A DNA stretch of 64,000 bases from Octopus sinensis (Eukaryota), in contig NC_043003.1 of NCBI RefSeq assembly GCF_006345805.1, positions 38,936,001 to 39,000,000 of the forward strand, read 5' to 3'. The notes beneath the pieces were generated by a model that saw only the letters and a program-made list of their open reading frames with translations, did not search any database and had not been told where the DNA came from. Made by a program: the position numbers and the translations under genes. This document shows, piece by piece, positions 61,061 through 64,000 of this stretch (within the stretch, counting starts at the first letter, position 1; each line of letters opens with the position of its first letter).

Positions 61061-62539
61061 ATATGTTCGTGTTTTCTAGTTATTCCCGTTAGTTTTCAAT
61101 TGTTCTTAAGTAGTTATATAATCAGTTTTACTGTGAATATTTCACAATAGATCTCTAGTCACAAAGGCTTCTACCTCCCTGTATTCCTGGAAGATATAAT
61201 CTTTTCTGTTCTCTGTGCAAGATTTTGGGCGGTGTATTTTAAATACGTGTATTATTCTTCTTGCATTTCTGTGTAGTCTTCCTAGTTATTGTCTGGAACA
61301 CCTTGAGTATCGATTCGCATTAAGTTATTGCTTTCGTTTTCAGCTTTATTTTAAGTATTAATCTAACGCGTCTACAACATTACTCCCTCACCTTTTCTTT
61401 CGTCTGTGCGTGTGTTGTTTTCATTTTAGTTCGTTGGTTACAAATATTTGGATGTCGTTGGTTTGTTTCTCTCTTTTTTTTTAATTCAAATAACATGCAT
61501 TTCATTTCAGGTGCACTTCCGTATTTTGCTTTGTTGTGGAATTTATTTTGATGTTTCTTTATGTTACTCTAGTCTTTTGTGTGTGTTTGTTGAATAAAAA
61601 AAATAAAACATGTGCATTTTAAGTTGTATTATTTTGTCGGGTGAGGGCTGAATTTCGTATGAGCTGTGCTATATGTTTTAGTGTTCGCCTATAATTGTGC
61701 AGCTTGTGCTGTGATATTTTATGGATTGCGTGATTTGTGTTATGGACCGATGTGGCTGTATTTAAATTTTAAACACCCTCCCCACATACATGCATACACA
61801 CACACATTCTCGTACGCACGCACAGGTACATTTGCATAGAAATAAGTTAAAGGTGCAATAAAATACACAATAATTCAAACTAGATATGATTAGCCTAAGT
61901 AAATAAAACATGGATGATTATTGATTAGGTTGAGCTAGAGCACAGCACTACTCTGTTCATTGAACCATTTCCCAGAATATGTACAAGTGCAACCAAATGT
62001 ACTCGTAAGCATTTTTGTCTGTTTTGTCTGTTTTTTTTTTATAAAAAAGACGAAGAATTTTAGTTCTTAGTCTTCGTTTTCATCGTTATTTTCTTGAGAT
62101 GTATCGTTGTTGTCTTGAAGAAGTTGTTCCTCCTTACAGTTTCCGTTGTTTTATACTTTATGTGGAGGAAGGTGGTTTGCATCGTTGGATGCTCTGATCA
62201 TGTCAATGTGGTAAGCTTCTCACTCCTTTGTAAGTTGGTGCTTATTGTTGTCATTGCACTAAATTTCCTACCAGTTTCTATATACCATATTCCATCCCCC
62301 ACCCCACTCATTGCCTACTATATATGTGGTCCCATATTTTGAAACCCCTTTATGTAAGATGTTATGCGTATTGCATATAAAGGTCATGCGGACAGCAAAA
62401 TCAGTTTGTCCTCCTCCTCCTCCTCTCCTCCTCATCATCATCATCATCATCATGTAATTTTCAAGATTTCAAGCGTATGTTCTTCTGTACAGCGGTGTTA
62501 ACAATAGGAGATAACTGAAGATATATATATATTTTTCAT

Positions 62540-62742
62540 TTGCTTCATTTATTTGTCTGCGGCCATGCTGGAGCACCGCATTTAGTCGAACAAATCGACC
62601 CCAGGACTTATTCTTTGTAAGACTAGGACTAAATATATCGGCCCCTTTAGCCGAACCGCTAAATTACTGGGACGTAAACACACCAAAATCGGTTATCAAG
62701 CCGATGGTGGGAAACAAGCACAGACACACAAATATATATATT

Positions 62743-62790
<48 letters not shown>

Positions 62791-62814
62791 ATATATATTT
62801 TTGTATATATATAT

Positions 62815-62859
<45 letters not shown>

Positions 62860-63300
62860 TAATATATATATATATTATATTTATATGTATATATATATAT
62901 GTATGTATATATATATTATATGTATGTATATGTATATAATATGTTAATCCAAACAAGAAAGCCCAAAAAAACACAACAACGCGAGGACGTGGAACAAATA
63001 TAGTATTATTGGACGCTCAGGAAAGAAGGAAAGAAGGAGGGTCTAACGTTTCGAGCGGAGCTCTTCGTCGGAAACATAGGAGAAGGAAAGATCCAGGGAA
63101 GGGAAGACAGAGGAAAAAAATCGCCAACGGTACACACGCAGTCACGGGCTTCTTTCAGTTTCCGTCTACCAAATCCACCCACAAGGCTTTTTGTCGGCCC
63201 GAGGCTATAGTAGAAGACAATTGCCCAAGGTATCACACAGTGAGACTGAACCCGGAACCATGTGGTTGGTAGCAAGCTACTTACCACACAGTCACTCCTG
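62540..63300 (-). mobile_element. SINE A split by a (TA)n expansion and a Penelope-like P1 fragment
   Basis: A 5' half 63146-63300; A 3' half 62540-62735. Confidence 0.85.
62943..63145 (-). mobile_element. Penelope-like terminal fragment (family P1) with hammerhead-like motif at 63041-63075
   Basis: GTTT-CCGACGA-A-GAGCTCCGCTC-GAAA-CGTT-AGAC on the - strand. Confidence 0.6.
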
Positions 63301-63719
63301 CGCCTATAGCCACTTTGGGGATGTAACATATAAGATGATAAGGCTGGTAAAAATTGTAAGGTGTGAGCTCAACACAATACAGCATCTAAATTCATACCTC
63401 TATGTTTTGAGTTCAATTCCTGCCAGGGATCTATAAAATATGTGCCGATTCAATCGATTCTACGCCTTCCTCTACCCAATAGGATTGACTGGTTTTACCA
63501 GTGTGCTGGAGCTATTGCTCATTGATACGCAGTTAATATATCCTGTTAACGGATATCAATAAAATATTCTAATAGTGTAATTTGCACTCAATGTCACTTT
63601 TGTTTGAATTGTAGATATGCCACCTGACGCTAGTCATGTTTATATGCTTTCCTTGGATGGATTGATTTTGTGGAAATAGCGTTTTGCTATCAAGGGAAAA
63701 AGCACGTACGCGCGCGCGT

Positions 63720-64000
63720 GCACACACATATGTGTGTATGTATATATGTACATATATATGTATGTATATATGCATATATGGATTTCTATACGTATATATA
63801 TGTATACATGTATATATATACGTGTATATATGTATATATGTATGTATATATATATATATTTAAGTATGTATATGTGTATATATGTACATGTATGTTTGTA
63901 TGTATGTATGTATGAATATATTTGTATATACGTATATATATATACTTGTATATATGTATATATGTATGTATATATATATGTGTATGTATATATGTATATA
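63720..64000. repeat. TA/TATG low-complexity tract
   Basis: Directly visible. Confidence 0.95.

Noticed and set aside
62100-62215. + strand AG..GT stretch and ORF 62094-62342
   Set aside because: PPYS and GRWFASL residues suggest a mariner ghost rather than a host exon; too weak to call either

Overview
Eukaryotic, AT-rich, repeat-dominated DNA. The extreme microsatellite load and the three dominant tRNA-derived SINE families point to an octopod cephalopod (Octopus-like); that is recalled family resemblance, not a database hit. No complete gene is visible, and almost every ORF in the supplied track is a translated microsatellite or SINE. Content: (i) dozens of copies of three SINE families (labelled A, B, C here); (ii) decayed LINE fragments (Dong/R4-type RT, Zn-knuckle and REL endonuclease pieces, RTE 3' ends, Tx1/L1 pieces, one CR1-like 3' end); (iii) decayed DNA transposons (pogo/Tigger, maT/DD37D-like, Tc1, two mariners) and several MITEs; (iv) four short Penelope-like terminal fragments carrying minimal hammerhead-ribozyme-like folds; (v) one convincing + strand first coding exon with a signal peptide (31465-31605) and one weaker - strand exon candidate with a G-RKR motif (42120-42207). 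The best leads are the variant hammerhead-like motifs, head-to-tail SINE-B multimers (one inserted as a unit with a 13-bp TSD), a 555-bp ORF-less element sitting in (TAA)n next to Dong fragments, a perfect 98-bp nested palindrome, a locally triplicated exon-like polyQ segment, and a mariner made of two inverted 5' ends. I cannot support a claim of a wholly new biological system from sequence alone. Boundaries of decayed elements are approximate (tens of bp).
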